From the IMG/VR virus record IMGVR_UViG_2778261152_000005, positions 1 to 57,958 of that record: a stretch of 57,958 nt of DNA. One strand, given 5' to 3'. Positions 24,957-35,028 of the stretch are shown piece by piece; the stretch's first letter is position 1, and each line of letters begins with the position of its first letter. Below the pieces are notes generated by a model. It had not been told where the DNA came from, did no database searches, and saw nothing but the letters and a program-made list of their open reading frames with translations. The translations under genes and the position numbers were made by a program. The DNA is from a virus (lineage: Duplodnaviria; Heunggongvirae; Uroviricota; Caudoviricetes).

Positions 24957-27676
24957 TATTCTGTGCTCCATGAAAAGTAATTTTTAACCCTGTCCATGCG
25001 CTCGTTATGCAGACGTTTGTACTGCTCATCCAGCGCGCGGTGTTTATCTTTGAAACCGCGAATATCCTGTCCTCGCGTAAGCTCATCCTGTGCACGCTCC
25101 TCCCGCTCCTGCTGCATTTTCTTGTAAGGTTCCCAGTCCTCAAGCGACGGCTTCCAGCGCACCGGGCGCCCGTACTTATCGTAGAACGGCTGCACGGATT
25201 CGATGCCATCCTTATCCTTCATTCGCACCATGATGGCATAATCCCCCTGGCGCGCAGTAAGAACGTCGGGTGTAATTTCCAGATCACCACCGATACGGCT
25301 TTCAGGGGTTTTTGTATCGACAAGCGGCGCTTTTCCCGATGTGATCCCGAGCTGTGTCGGGCTGGTAGTTATCGTTTCTTTGCGGTCACCGTACATCAAT
25401 TGCTCTTTTTCGGCTTTCCACTGCGCCGCCTGCCACCCTGACGGACCATAGTCATAAAGCGCCTCCGGAGCGTACTTCATGAATTTAGCGTCACCGTTTA
25501 CCTCGCTGATACTCCATGTGCGGGCTACCTGCTGGTTGGTCATCTTCTTCGCCGCGTCAGCGTTACCGCCAGTTGTACGGTAGTTAATGTCATACAACGC
25601 CTGATAGTCATTACGGAAGCGTGCCGCCTCCGGCGTCTGGTCATCAGCTGAAGGATCAAACCGGAACCACTGCGACATGCTGCTCACCGCGGAATCCATC
25701 GCCTTGCTGCGGTCTTTTTTATACTCCTTAGTGCTCTGGGTTGACGCCAGCTGCGCTTTGAGTGCATCGGTCTGGTTGTAGGTCAGGTTCTGCGCCTGCT
25801 CGATAGCCGCATCAGACGCCATACCGGAATCGGTCAGCTGTTTGACCGTCAGGTAAAAACCCTGCATATCCTTCGGCATATCGCCGACAGACGCGGGGTC
25901 TGTATCGTACAGGCGATTAAACAACTCTGCGCCCTGCCGTACCGCTTCCGGGCTGCGGGCGCGGGAAATTGCCGAAAGCTGCGTTGTCACCTGCGACGGA
26001 ATAATGCCCGTCTGCGCTACCTGCTGCACAATTCCGTCATGTGTTCCTGCGTCATTAATACAGAAATTTTGAGCGGTATCGGTAGCATCGGCGGCTTTCT
26101 GCATGGATTTATTTGACGGGTCAAGTTTCTCCCCCGTTGAAAGCGCCTCGTTAAAACGACGGGCATCACGCTGCGCCTGAATTGCCGCATTACTTTTTTG
26201 TACAAGCGCTCCCAGCTTACCGTAAGCATCGAGTTTCAGGGCGTAATCTGGATCGTTGACTTCCGGCTTCACTTTGACGAGTTCTGCCTGCTGCTCTGCG
26301 GGAGATACGTACTGGATGGCCTGGAAGGTACGCGCATTATCAATGGCTATGTCCAGTTGCTTTACGGCTTTTTCCCCCTGCTCCCCATAAGCAAACATAA
26401 TCGACGCCTTATCTGGCATTGCATCAGGCACTTCACCGTTATTCAACTGTGCCATAGTATTATTGAGGATAGGATCGATTTGCTGGCGCAGGGCTGTACG
26501 CTGTTCACGGATCTGACTTTCGGCGATATTGTCGATTTTATTGACAGATACCGGATCTAGCCCCGTTTTATTTTTACGGTACCGTGACAGCCATCCGCGC
26601 GTTTCCGCCGGCAGCTTGCTGATAAATGCCGCTTCTGTGATTTCGCCCTTACGCGGGTCGCCCACTTTAGCAATCAACGTATCAACATTACCCATTCCCC
26701 AGTTATAAGCAGCGCCAGCCAGCGTTTCGGAACCATATTTGCCGTACAGTTGGTTAGCGTAATCGCTCGCGAGTAGCGCATTCTGATCTTCATCCGCCGG
26801 GTTGTATTCTACGCCGCGTTTAGCCGCCAGCTCTTTGCCTGTGCTCGGCATTAACTGAAACTTACCCTGAGCTCTCTCACCAGATTTTGTTACAGGCCCC
26901 TCAACCAGACTGCCGTCGGCTTTAAAATGCTTACCGCCCGACTCCACAATACCGATAGCGCGCATATCAAGTCCGCCGCTATCTTTAATCGGGAAGTCAC
27001 CATTAAGCCAGCCCTGCGGATTGGTTACCGCATAGTTCTGCGCACGCTGTTCCATAGCTCGCTGATCAGCCTCCGATATCGCCTGTAGAATTTGCTCGGA
27101 AGACCAGCCCTGCGCCTGGCCATAAAGCTCAATGGAGTGCTTACGCGCCCCCCGAATCAACGCCGCCGCCTGCGAATCGTCAAATGCACCGGCTTCCTGC
27201 TCGACTGATGATTTCACCGTTGCGTCAAGCTGCTGACGCTGTGCCTGTTCGGTTTGACTACGCTCAAAGCTGTTATAAGTGCTGGTTCGTCGAATCTGCC
27301 CGGCTTTCCATTGCGCATCAAAATACTGCAACTGGCTGGCAGGAACGCGTTTGCGGGCTTCTTCATAGTCGGAAGAATCCAGCTTATCCATATCAAGACC
27401 GACGCCGGAAGACTTGAACCCCTGACGGGTCGTAAGTGCGCCGGTCTCCGGGTTTTCCCAGCGGTCGCTGGACTTTGAGTCCAGGTCAAGAAGAATGGCC
27501 TGTGTTGCCGCCACATCCGCTTTATCCTGCACGCGCTGCACATCTTCAGCAGTCTGTCCAATGGCAGCGCCAAGCCCTGCGATCGCATTGCCGATTGCGC
27601 CAGCGTTCCCCACGCTGACACGGGTCGGATTCACCTGCGGCGTAACGTTGCCAAAATTACCTGTTGGTATTCTCAC
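24956..27676 (-). CDS. internal virion protein with lytic transglycosylase (SLT) domain
   Basis: 906 aa. It contains …AIGIVESGGKHF…AQGKFQLMPSTGKEL…AAYNWGMGNV…, an SLT catalytic Glu-Ser context. Confidence 0.75.
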   Translation of the reverse strand: MRIPTGNFGNVTPQVNPTRVSVGNAGAIGNAIAGLGAAIGQTAEDVQRVQDKADVAATQAILLDLDSKSSDRWENPETGALTTRQGFKSSGVGLDMDKLDSSDYEEARKRVPASQLQYFDAQWKAGQIRRTSTYNSFERSQTEQAQRQQLDATVKSSVEQEAGAFDDSQAAALIRGARKHSIELYGQAQGWSSEQILQAISEADQRAMEQRAQNYAVTNPQGWLNGDFPIKDSGGLDMRAIGIVESGGKHFKADGSLVEGPVTKSGERAQGKFQLMPSTGKELAAKRGVEYNPADEDQNALLASDYANQLYGKYGSETLAGAAYNWGMGNVDTLIAKVGDPRKGEITEAAFISKLPAETRGWLSRYRKNKTGLDPVSVNKIDNIAESQIREQRTALRQQIDPILNNTMAQLNNGEVPDAMPDKASIMFAYGEQGEKAVKQLDIAIDNARTFQAIQYVSPAEQQAELVKVKPEVNDPDYALKLDAYGKLGALVQKSNAAIQAQRDARRFNEALSTGEKLDPSNKSMQKAADATDTAQNFCINDAGTHDGIVQQVAQTGIIPSQVTTQLSAISRARSPEAVRQGAELFNRLYDTDPASVGDMPKDMQGFYLTVKQLTDSGMASDAAIEQAQNLTYNQTDALKAQLASTQSTKEYKKDRSKAMDSAVSSMSQWFRFDPSADDQTPEAARFRNDYQALYDINYRTTGGNADAAKKMTNQQVARTWSISEVNGDAKFMKYAPEALYDYGPSGWQAAQWKAEKEQLMYGDRKETITTSPTQLGITSGKAPLVDTKTPESRIGGDLEITPDVLTARQGDYAIMVRMKDKDGIESVQPFYDKYGRPVRWKPSLEDWEPYKKMQQEREERAQDELTRGQDIRGFKDKHRALDEQYKRLHNERMDRVKNYFSWSTE

Positions 27677-27678
27677 GG

Positions 27679-28146
27679 TTATTTACTCCCTGCTTTTTTC
27701 CAGCCGTTATATGCCGTTCCGCCTGCGGATAGCAGGGAACTACCAGCGTTAATGTATCCAGAGGTAGACGCATTATTCCCACTGATACGATCGGCCTGAG
27801 CCTGTGCATTTAGTCGGGCGCTCTGATTCGTACCATTCAAAATGGTCTGATACGCATCCTGCTCAGCATCACCAACGATGTCAGACTGAATACGCAGCGC
27901 AGTCCCTTCGCCGGTATCAACTCCGGACGCCGCTAATGATGCATTCGCCGCCGCGGCCTGTGCACGCCCGGCCTTGCGAATACGTTCAGCTTCAACTTTC
28001 GCCGCAGCTTTAGACGCCTCTGCATCGGCTTCAGCCTGAGCAGCCTGGTAATTAGACATTTTCTTCTGCTGTTGCCCGCTGTAAACCGCTCCGCCAGCAG
28101 CAAGGACAGAAGACGCAACAAGAGCAACCTCAACACCAGTACACAT
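27679..28146 (-). CDS. small internal virion protein (T7 gp14-position)
   Basis: 155 aa with an N-terminal hydrophobic segment then an Ala/Gln-rich sequence. Position and composition match podovirus ejection protein B. Confidence 0.5.
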   Translation of the reverse strand: MCTGVEVALVASSVLAAGGAVYSGQQQKKMSNYQAAQAEADAEASKAAAKVEAERIRKAGRAQAAAANASLAASGVDTGEGTALRIQSDIVGDAEQDAYQTILNGTNQSARLNAQAQADRISGNNASTSGYINAGSSLLSAGGTAYNGWKKAGSK

Positions 28147-28148
28147 CG

Positions 28149-28598
28149 TTACACCTCTTTGGAATAAAGCAGACCGGTACGCGACAGACCGAGACGTGAA
28201 TACAAATCACCGGTGCGCTCTTCATGTACGCCTGTGGTGATACCCATATTGATAAGCACGGCGCCGTGTCTTTCCGCCCATGCAATGAATGATTTCGCAA
28301 GCCGCGGGGCAGCTGTGCCGCCGCGGTACTCAGGCGCAATAAAAAGCCCGTATTCAAACGCCATTAGCTGACGGCTAAACCATTGCTCAGCGATCCCGCC
28401 GGCCAGCCAGCCAATTACAGCACCTTTTTTTTCGGCCACCAGCAGACAGCCAGCAGGTGATGAAATAAGGGTGCGGGCGAGTTCAGCGCATTTTTCTTCA
28501 TCGAATGGCGAATTCTGTGAATAGCGGGACTCGATATACATCCGGGTTCCCAGTTCGATCAGCGCCGGGATATCCCCGGCCGTTGCGTTACGTACCAT
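28149..28598 (-). CDS. GNAT-family N-acetyltransferase embedded in the virion module
   Basis: 150 aa from the Met at 28598, 1 nt after the upstream TGA. The acetyl-CoA motif region is …LFIAPEYRGGTAAPRLAKSFIAWAERHGA…. The track ORF (to 28805) is an upstream extension overlapping the tubular B gene. Confidence 0.7.
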   Translation of the reverse strand: MVRNATAGDIPALIELGTRMYIESRYSQNSPFDEEKCAELARTLISSPAGCLLVAEKKGAVIGWLAGGIAEQWFSRQLMAFEYGLFIAPEYRGGTAAPRLAKSFIAWAERHGAVLINMGITTGVHEERTGDLYSRLGLSRTGLLYSKEV

Positions 28599-28599
28599 G

Positions 28600-30588
28600 T
28601 CAGCCCCCGTTACTGGTGAACGTGAAAATAATTGCGAGAAGGTGGAATGGCAGCGGCTGGCGCTGCTGGATAAGCAGGGTGTCTTCCCCACGCTCCCAGC
28701 CGAGTTTCCCCCAGAAATGATCGCCGGTGAAAAGTGGCGCTGGCTGGTTGAGAATTTTCGGACCGAACCGGCGGAACGGAATGACCTGGCCGTTGCACTC
28801 TGCACCAGTAGTTTCGAGAAAACGCATCGTCACTTCGCTCGTACGTTTCTTCGCGTTCTGGGTGGTACCTTCGGTAGTGGAAACCTCAGGTGATAGCGTC
28901 TCAATCGTACTTTCAAAGTGCAGGCCGATCTCAACGCTTTTTGCCTGGCGCGACAGGGTTATTTGACCTGATGAAACTGTGTATTGGGGCATAACAGCGC
29001 CGTCTGCCACCACATCCACAACCTGCCCCTCGAGGTGAGCAAGGCCTGACCACGTGGCGGAACCGGCGCTACTGCTGCCGGTCACTGCGGCATCGGTATA
29101 AAGATTGCTGTCGAAAACCTCAACATACCGAACGGTCTGGCCGTTTATCTCACGACGAACAATGGCATAAACCACGTCGTCGGTATCGGATGGAATTGTC
29201 GCCACCGATTCGAACGCCCCCTCAGTGACCTGACGTGACCAGGCAATAACATCCTGAGCGCGATCGATAGCCATCGTAACCGCAACACCATCAGCCCGAA
29301 CCATCCAGATAAATGCATCGGGTTGTTGCTGATATGCCATGTCCAGCACGCCACCAGATGTGATGTGCTCGGCCAGCACTGTCATGTCGTTAGCGGAATA
29401 GGAAACAAAGCTGTCGGGGTCGTACGCTACCGCATAGAGCTTACGACCCGCACGCTGCACAAACATGATTTCGGTACCAACGCGCACCGGACGGATCCCA
29501 TTACATCCGTACGGGCTTGGGTTTTTTACCGAAATATTTGTCGGTGTGATGGCCGCATCGTTACCCGAGGTGATCGTAAACTCACCGCCATAGGTCAGCG
29601 CAATAAGGGTATTCATCTGCGCCAGATGCACAATCGGGTTGAGCTGGTCAGAAGACAGCGTAAAGCTGATTGCGTCATCATCTTCGGTACCAATCTCAAA
29701 CGACAGATAAACGCCCGTCTCACTCCACCAGATTGTTTGCGGGTATTTGGGTGAACCCGCCAGCACAAGCCGCTGCTGGTAAAGCGTCACCGCGCCCGGG
29801 TAACCAAATTCATCTGTCCAGACCGTGTCTTCACGTGTCCACGCGCCCGGAGAGGCCGCCTGAGTTGCCGATAAATCGCTACGGATGGTACCGACGGCGA
29901 CCTGCGCGCTGGTGATGCTTTTTATCAGTACCAGTCCTTCGTTAATTCGCACGTACGAACCAACGTCCTGAGATACCCAGCCGGTTCCGGTAAAAGGGGG
30001 GCTGGAGTTATCACCCGGGTCTTCATCGCTCAAAGTGAGCGTGATTTCAGAGCCCACAAATTCTTTGACGGATGGCTTACACCATTTTTGCGGTGTATCG
30101 CGTACCTCGTCGAAAGGTTCAACGATGAACGGCGCAGGCTCAAGCACCCAGTCAGTTTGACCGCGTCGCTGCAGGCGGTAAGGTTTCACAGACTGATGCA
30201 CCAAAAACATGGTGTCAGCACCCTGGACATAATTCACAGCAGGCAACATATCAGCGGTATAGGGACTGGCTATTTCATACGGTGTGTTGTCACCGTTAAC
30301 CAGTTGCTTACCGTTCTGGTAAATGCGCATATAGCCGTCGCCAAACTCCAGCATATAAGCCTGAGAGCGATTGAATACGTAGGGGATAAGCCGGGATTTT
30401 TTATTGCCATACTTGGTAGCCGCCGCGAATCGGGTGCCGGGCCTGCGGATTACGCCCCCCTGCACCACCACCACGGCGTTTTCGATAATCTTTGCGCCGT
30501 TGGCATAGCGGGCAATATCAACACGCCCCATAAGACGCGGAGATACTTCCCCGGCGGTGAAATTGGTTTTAATGAGGTTCGCGCGCAT
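28600..30588 (-). CDS. tail tubular protein B-like (nozzle)
   Basis: 662 aa from the ATG at 30588, coupled to the upstream gene as TGAcATG. It begins MRANLIKTNFTAGEVSPRLMGRVDIARYANG… and occupies the T7 gp12 position. Confidence 0.6.
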   Translation of the reverse strand: MRANLIKTNFTAGEVSPRLMGRVDIARYANGAKIIENAVVVVQGGVIRRPGTRFAAATKYGNKKSRLIPYVFNRSQAYMLEFGDGYMRIYQNGKQLVNGDNTPYEIASPYTADMLPAVNYVQGADTMFLVHQSVKPYRLQRRGQTDWVLEPAPFIVEPFDEVRDTPQKWCKPSVKEFVGSEITLTLSDEDPGDNSSPPFTGTGWVSQDVGSYVRINEGLVLIKSITSAQVAVGTIRSDLSATQAASPGAWTREDTVWTDEFGYPGAVTLYQQRLVLAGSPKYPQTIWWSETGVYLSFEIGTEDDDAISFTLSSDQLNPIVHLAQMNTLIALTYGGEFTITSGNDAAITPTNISVKNPSPYGCNGIRPVRVGTEIMFVQRAGRKLYAVAYDPDSFVSYSANDMTVLAEHITSGGVLDMAYQQQPDAFIWMVRADGVAVTMAIDRAQDVIAWSRQVTEGAFESVATIPSDTDDVVYAIVRREINGQTVRYVEVFDSNLYTDAAVTGSSSAGSATWSGLAHLEGQVVDVVADGAVMPQYTVSSGQITLSRQAKSVEIGLHFESTIETLSPEVSTTEGTTQNAKKRTSEVTMRFLETTGAECNGQVIPFRRFGPKILNQPAPLFTGDHFWGKLGWERGEDTLLIQQRQPLPFHLLAIIFTFTSNGG

Positions 30589-30589
30589 G

Positions 30590-31153
30590 TCAGAACCTCG
30601 ACTCATACGTTGGGTAACCGCCAAGCTCTTCCGGTGGGTCTTCCTGACCATCGATGGCTTTTGCCTGTTTGAGCAGGAATGCGGCCTCTTGCGCCAGGCT
30701 ATCGCGCAGGCTGGTTGAGCCTGTCACCGCGTATGCCAGCTTAGACTGCATCATCATTTCAGCTACATCTACCAGCGCAGGACCCCAGGTAGACTCATCT
30801 TCATTGCGGAAGATATAGCGCAAACGAATCACATCAACATTTGCCAGCAGCCGGCTCCCTTCAATTCGATAATCGATATTATCCTGCTGTTCACCAATGG
30901 ACAGGACGCGAATATGGTCACCTGGTAAAGAAAACTGATAACCATATCCAAAGACAGGCGCTGCGCTTACAGGGGACAGTACAACGCGTTTTATTGCGCA
31001 GTTCCACGGGTGAGCACGGAGTAATTTATTACGGACAGTGGGGTAAAGGTTGGCGCAAAGACGGGCATGATCCGTGTCTTCGTCGAAATCATTTATCGGG
31101 TGAGCACCCAGCGCCAGAAGTGCGTTTGAACAGATAGAGACACTCGAAGTCAT
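30590..31153 (-). CDS. tail tubular protein A / adaptor-like
   Basis: 187 aa occupying the T7 gp11 position, directly after the capsid terminator. The N-terminal motif is ICSNALLALGAHPINDFDEDTDHARLCANLYPTVRNKLLRAHPW. Confidence 0.55.
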   Translation of the reverse strand: MTSSVSICSNALLALGAHPINDFDEDTDHARLCANLYPTVRNKLLRAHPWNCAIKRVVLSPVSAAPVFGYGYQFSLPGDHIRVLSIGEQQDNIDYRIEGSRLLANVDVIRLRYIFRNEDESTWGPALVDVAEMMMQSKLAYAVTGSTSLRDSLAQEAAFLLKQAKAIDGQEDPPEELGGYPTYESRF

Positions 31154-31169
31154 GGCATAACCTCAGATG

Positions 31170-31196
31170 AAAAAAGGCCGGGGGTACCCCCCGGCA
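31170..31196 (-). terminator. rho-independent terminator directly after the major capsid gene (analogous in position to T7 T-phi)
   Basis: The minus strand reads gccgggggg-tacc-cccggcc followed by tttttt. Confidence 0.7.
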
Positions 31197-31210
31197 AACA
31201 CACCAGCGGC

Positions 31211-32122
31211 TTAAACAATAAAATCGATGGCGACGACTTTTTTCTCGTTGGCACGACCAGCACCATAAGACGCATCAACAGAGATCTGAATGGTGTTGTT
31301 TTTATCGCGACGCGGACCGATATCGACGTTGTACTCAGCGCCGGTACCGAAATGCACGGCAGACTTACACCACGCAGCTGCGGTTTTAGTGGTTACGGCT
31401 GGGTCGCCATCGGTCACAGAGTCCAGTTTTTCGTATGCCAGCCAGTTAAAGCCCAGCCACTTGGAGGACACCGCACCTTCCTGCAGCATTTTTACAGCCA
31501 TGAAGTCAGCAGAGGTCAGCGTTGTGTCGCTGAGGATCTGCGTCAACATGTCGGCGTTGTACGTCATGTACAGTTCTTCGCCGTTCTGTTCATCGCACTC
31601 ATTACGGCGGAACATTGCTTTAGCGGCAATCAGCTTGGCTTTGGTCATGCCAGTGCCGCCAGCAACGATTTTTTGCTCGGCAGGGAGCGCAACAGGGGCA
31701 AACGCACCGCCGCTGGACGTTTTACGCAGCACGGTATCGAGCAGTGCGCGATACACAACATCATCTTTTTTGCGGTTGGCGGCCGCCAGGGTGAGCTGCA
31801 GATATGGCCCCTGCGGGTCAGCCAGCAGCTTACGCAGGTCACGCTTTTCAACGGGAACGAATACGCCGTAGTCAGCCATCAACGCATTACGGGTGCCAGC
31901 CTCTGGCAGGTCCCATACGGTGTCACCGAAACGCGTGGTAATCTGCGTCATTTCGATGGTACCCATATCGTTGATGGTGAACGCTTCACCGGTGATCATC
32001 CCACGGTCGTGTACCGCAGCCTGCAGGCGGGAATCCTTCTGCTGCGCGGCGATTTCGAAAGAATCATGAAACTGCGTGATAAACGCAGCGGTGATCATGT
32101 TCTTATTGGCATCAAATGACAT
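31211..32122 (-). CDS. major capsid protein
   Basis: 303 aa from the ATG at 32122, with a GGAG SD 10 nt upstream. It follows the scaffold gene and is bracketed by hairpins, as expected for the most highly expressed late gene. The track ORF extends to 32203. Confidence 0.7.
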   Translation of the reverse strand: MSFDANKNMITAAFITQFHDSFEIAAQQKDSRLQAAVHDRGMITGEAFTINDMGTIEMTQITTRFGDTVWDLPEAGTRNALMADYGVFVPVEKRDLRKLLADPQGPYLQLTLAAANRKKDDVVYRALLDTVLRKTSSGGAFAPVALPAEQKIVAGGTGMTKAKLIAAKAMFRRNECDEQNGEELYMTYNADMLTQILSDTTLTSADFMAVKMLQEGAVSSKWLGFNWLAYEKLDSVTDGDPAVTTKTAAAWCKSAVHFGTGAEYNVDIGPRRDKNNTIQISVDASYGAGRANEKKVVAIDFIV

Positions 32123-32271
32123 AACAATCACTCCAGAAAATATCGCCTGCTGGGTTGTCGGTTGCCCGGCCCGATTAACACAATGCGCGTGGCGCTTACG
32201 CACTGCGGGAAAATTCAGTTATCCGGCGTCCCCGCCGGGCTGGTTGTGGGGAGATTGTTAGCGAGGTGTGC

Positions 32272-32287
32272 GGTCGGAATCCCGACC
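32272..32287 (-). repeat. late-region palindrome, copy 4
   Basis: ggtcggaatcccgacc lies just downstream (minus-strand sense) of the 32295-32320 hairpin and about 150 nt upstream of the capsid start. Confidence 0.6.
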
Positions 32288-32294
32288 AAATGAA

Positions 32295-32320
32295 AAAGCC
32301 AGCTTGACCCGCTGGCTTTT
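32295..32320 (-). terminator. stem-loop with U-tract between the scaffold and capsid genes
   Basis: aaaagccagc-ttgaccc-gctggctttt is followed on the minus strand by a T run. Confidence 0.55.
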
Positions 32321-32340
32321 GGTGTTGTCGTCGTGACATG

Positions 32341-33183
32341 TCACGCTACGGTTTGGCCGCCGTAACGCTTCTGGTAGTACGCTTTGACCTGCGCGGATAC
32401 CCGTTCGTGATCAGCGTGTTTCGAGTCCATGTAGGCCGGGGATTTCATCAGGTCGCGGATGGTCTGCTGCTCTTCGAGATTCACATCACCGCCAGCAGGC
32501 GCATCTTCCTGCATTTCAGCGCCGACTTTAGCCAGCATACGGATAACCATCGGATTATTGCCGATCTCGTCAATGCGGCCTTTATCGGCGTCATCAGCCA
32601 GGGAATTAAACGCACGGAAAGCCAGACCGATGTTTTGCTTAAACTCTGCATCGGTCTTCCACACCTCACGCAGCTGTGTGGTGGCAGACTGTGAATCCAG
32701 CTCAGCGGCACCGCCTACCAGCTCAGGAGCACGCTGTGCGTATTCACCCAGGATGAAGCTCATCTGGTCGTTGGTGATGCCTTTAGCGTGCGCAGTTTTC
32801 ATAAAGCTCTGCATGCGCGGGTCCGCTTTGAACTCTTCCCAGTTGAATCCCTCGACCTCTACCTTAGGCGCATACTCATCTGACGTTTTCGGCGGCGCGT
32901 CGCCGCTACCCATGCGTTTTTCAAGGTGAGTGTAATTTTCCGCCAGTTTGCGGGCAGAGCTTTCAATACTGAGCTTTCCGTCTTCGCCCATAACGCGGAA
33001 TTTCTCAGGTATCCAGTCATTAGCCCCCGGCTCGCCTGCGCCTGCGCCGGTGCTGAGCAGAGAATTGCCAGAAGGTTCACCAGTACCCGGATTATTGCCG
33101 CCATCGTCACCACCTCCGTTACCGCCGCCCGGCTGTTCTGCGCCCGCTTCTGCGTTCATGAATAAGTGTTTAAGCTTCCACAT
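32341..33183 (-). CDS. scaffolding (capsid assembly) protein
   Basis: About 272-280 aa, acidic, with a Gly-rich N-terminus and a helical remainder. It lies between the portal and capsid genes. The start is either 33183 or the Met at 33159. Confidence 0.6.
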   Translation of the reverse strand: MWKLKHLFMNAEAGAEQPGGGNGGGDDGGNNPGTGEPSGNSLLSTGAGAGEPGANDWIPEKFRVMGEDGKLSIESSARKLAENYTHLEKRMGSGDAPPKTSDEYAPKVEVEGFNWEEFKADPRMQSFMKTAHAKGITNDQMSFILGEYAQRAPELVGGAAELDSQSATTQLREVWKTDAEFKQNIGLAFRAFNSLADDADKGRIDEIGNNPMVIRMLAKVGAEMQEDAPAGGDVNLEEQQTIRDLMKSPAYMDSKHADHERVSAQVKAYYQKRYGGQTVA

Positions 33184-33403
33184 CGTCTTCTACTCCATCG
33201 GCCTTGTTGATTTCGCGCAGGATGTAATCCAGTACGGATCGCTGCCCTGCCCTGTAACACGTTTCGCGGTCGCCCTCGGTACCGCCCGGGACATATGCCG
33301 CACGCCCAAAGCGGCGGGTTAATTCTTCCAGCACCTGAGAACCACCAGGCATTTCTTCGAAAATGCGCTTAAAGTCCTGAGGCGTAGCCTGTTTTATTCT
33401 CAT
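33170..33403 (-). CDS. small conserved protein between portal and scaffold (Bbp19-like)
   Basis: 77 aa, 4-nt overlap with the portal stop. The sequence and position resemble the small Bbp19-type protein of BPP-1-like podoviruses. This is from memory only. Confidence 0.45.
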   Translation of the reverse strand: MRIKQATPQDFKRIFEEMPGGSQVLEELTRRFGRAAYVPGGTEGDRETCYRAGQRSVLDYILREINKADGVEDDVEA

Positions 33404-35025
33404 TGGTTACCTGCCAGTCGTTGTCCTATTGCCGCGCCTGCGGTCTGTCCTGCTGCTCCTGCTGCCTCAGTGCCCGCCTGCATCATGAGTTGCTGCTGTG
33501 CGGCCTGCTGTTGTGCTTTCTGACGTTGGTCGCGGAGATCCGCCACCGCATCGGATGAGCGAATAACCTTCGCCGGAACGCCGAGCGCATCAGCCACAAC
33601 GCGCGTGGCCTCGTCGGTATCGATGAGATCAACAACGTCCTGGCTGATACCAGCGAGATTTGCCACATTTGCGCCGAGGCGCTCAATAGCAGTTACGTCT
33701 TCCAGCTTCTGGGCACGCGCCAGCGGGGAGATGTAACGCACGTTGAAATTGGCGTTTTGCAGGCTCTCAGGCGGCGGGGAGAAAACGCCAGCGCGGAAAG
33801 CGATGCCAAAGCAGCGCACCACAAGCAACTGGAGATATTCAGCCTGGAAGCGGCCATACACCGGGCCAAGCAACTGACGAATCAGTGCTACGCGCACGTG
33901 AACTTCGGTGGCGGTCATGGCTGGCCCATCCTGCGGTTGCAACTGGTCCGCCATCATGATTTTGCGGATTGATGCCTGCAGACGTTCTTCAGCGGTGAAA
34001 GCAACGTTGAAATCTGCGCCAGTCAGCAACGGTTTCATGCTGTCGGTGCTGTTCGCCACGATGATACGACGCGGGCCGACCTTGACCGTACGCGGGTTTA
34101 GTACGCCGTCGTCTTCGGCAATCCACATGCCGGAGATAGCCAGATCCTGCGCAGCTTTCTCCATGCGTTTGGTTTCGTTCAGCTCTTTGCAATCTGGCAG
34201 CGCGTCGTATACCGGTCCGATGCCGTAGGAGCCACCAGGGATTTTCATCCAGCGCGGAACGCAGCACGGGAATTCGTGATAGCCGGATTCGCGCACCACC
34301 TGCTTGTTAGTCACGTCGACGTTGAATGACGCAAAGCGCATGTTCTTCGCCAGACGGGCATCGACCATGTAGGTTTCGCGCGGGAAAATGCAGTGCAGGA
34401 AATCAAATTTATCGTCGGGCTTTTTCTTCGCCGCGTCGCGGATCTTCTCGCTGACCTTGTCCGCGCCGAATTCTTTGATGGCCTGTTCTGCGGTCAGCTG
34501 GTAGCGGCGGTATATCGTGTCCACAATGCCATCCTTGCGGGTGGACGTGACATAGCACTGCGCCAGCGGCCACTGCTGGAAGGTGTAGCCGCCCTCGTCA
34601 CGGTCCTCGTCGATGTACAGGACGAACCAGCCAGCGCATACCACGTCGAGGTTTGCCTCGTAGCCCTCTGCGTCAAAGTTGGCCGCATGGATGTTTTCCC
34701 AGACCAGCGTTGCGCACTCTGACAACCAGGCTTTGGCGTCGTCCGGCAGCGATTCGCTGTCGAGGTTCAGCCATTGCGCGTTCGCCGGGGTCATGCCGGA
34801 CATGAGCGCAGAGGCCAGCATGCGGGCGCTGTCGGTGGCGGTACCGTCCAGTAGCTTCGCCACCTTGTGTTTTGCGCTCTGAGCGTCGAGCACTTCATCA
34901 GAGAATCCCGCGCCGCGCAGCGGATAGGTGTAGTCATAGCACTCGCGCCAGACGCTTTCATGCTGCTGGCGGTTGGCCTTCAGCGTGTCGGAACGCCTAA
35001 TCAGCTTAACGGCGAGTTCATCCAT
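33400..35025 (-). CDS. portal (head-to-tail connector) protein, podovirus type
   Basis: 541 aa. The N-terminus …RRSDTLKANRQQHESVWRECYDYTYPLRG… is typical of T7 gp8-like connectors. It is the first large gene of the virion module. Confidence 0.75.
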   Translation of the reverse strand: MDELAVKLIRRSDTLKANRQQHESVWRECYDYTYPLRGAGFSDEVLDAQSAKHKVAKLLDGTATDSARMLASALMSGMTPANAQWLNLDSESLPDDAKAWLSECATLVWENIHAANFDAEGYEANLDVVCAGWFVLYIDEDRDEGGYTFQQWPLAQCYVTSTRKDGIVDTIYRRYQLTAEQAIKEFGADKVSEKIRDAAKKKPDDKFDFLHCIFPRETYMVDARLAKNMRFASFNVDVTNKQVVRESGYHEFPCCVPRWMKIPGGSYGIGPVYDALPDCKELNETKRMEKAAQDLAISGMWIAEDDGVLNPRTVKVGPRRIIVANSTDSMKPLLTGADFNVAFTAEERLQASIRKIMMADQLQPQDGPAMTATEVHVRVALIRQLLGPVYGRFQAEYLQLLVVRCFGIAFRAGVFSPPPESLQNANFNVRYISPLARAQKLEDVTAIERLGANVANLAGISQDVVDLIDTDEATRVVADALGVPAKVIRSSDAVADLRDQRQKAQQQAAQQQLMMQAGTEAAGAAGQTAGAAIGQRLAGNQ

Positions 35026-35028
35026 CAG

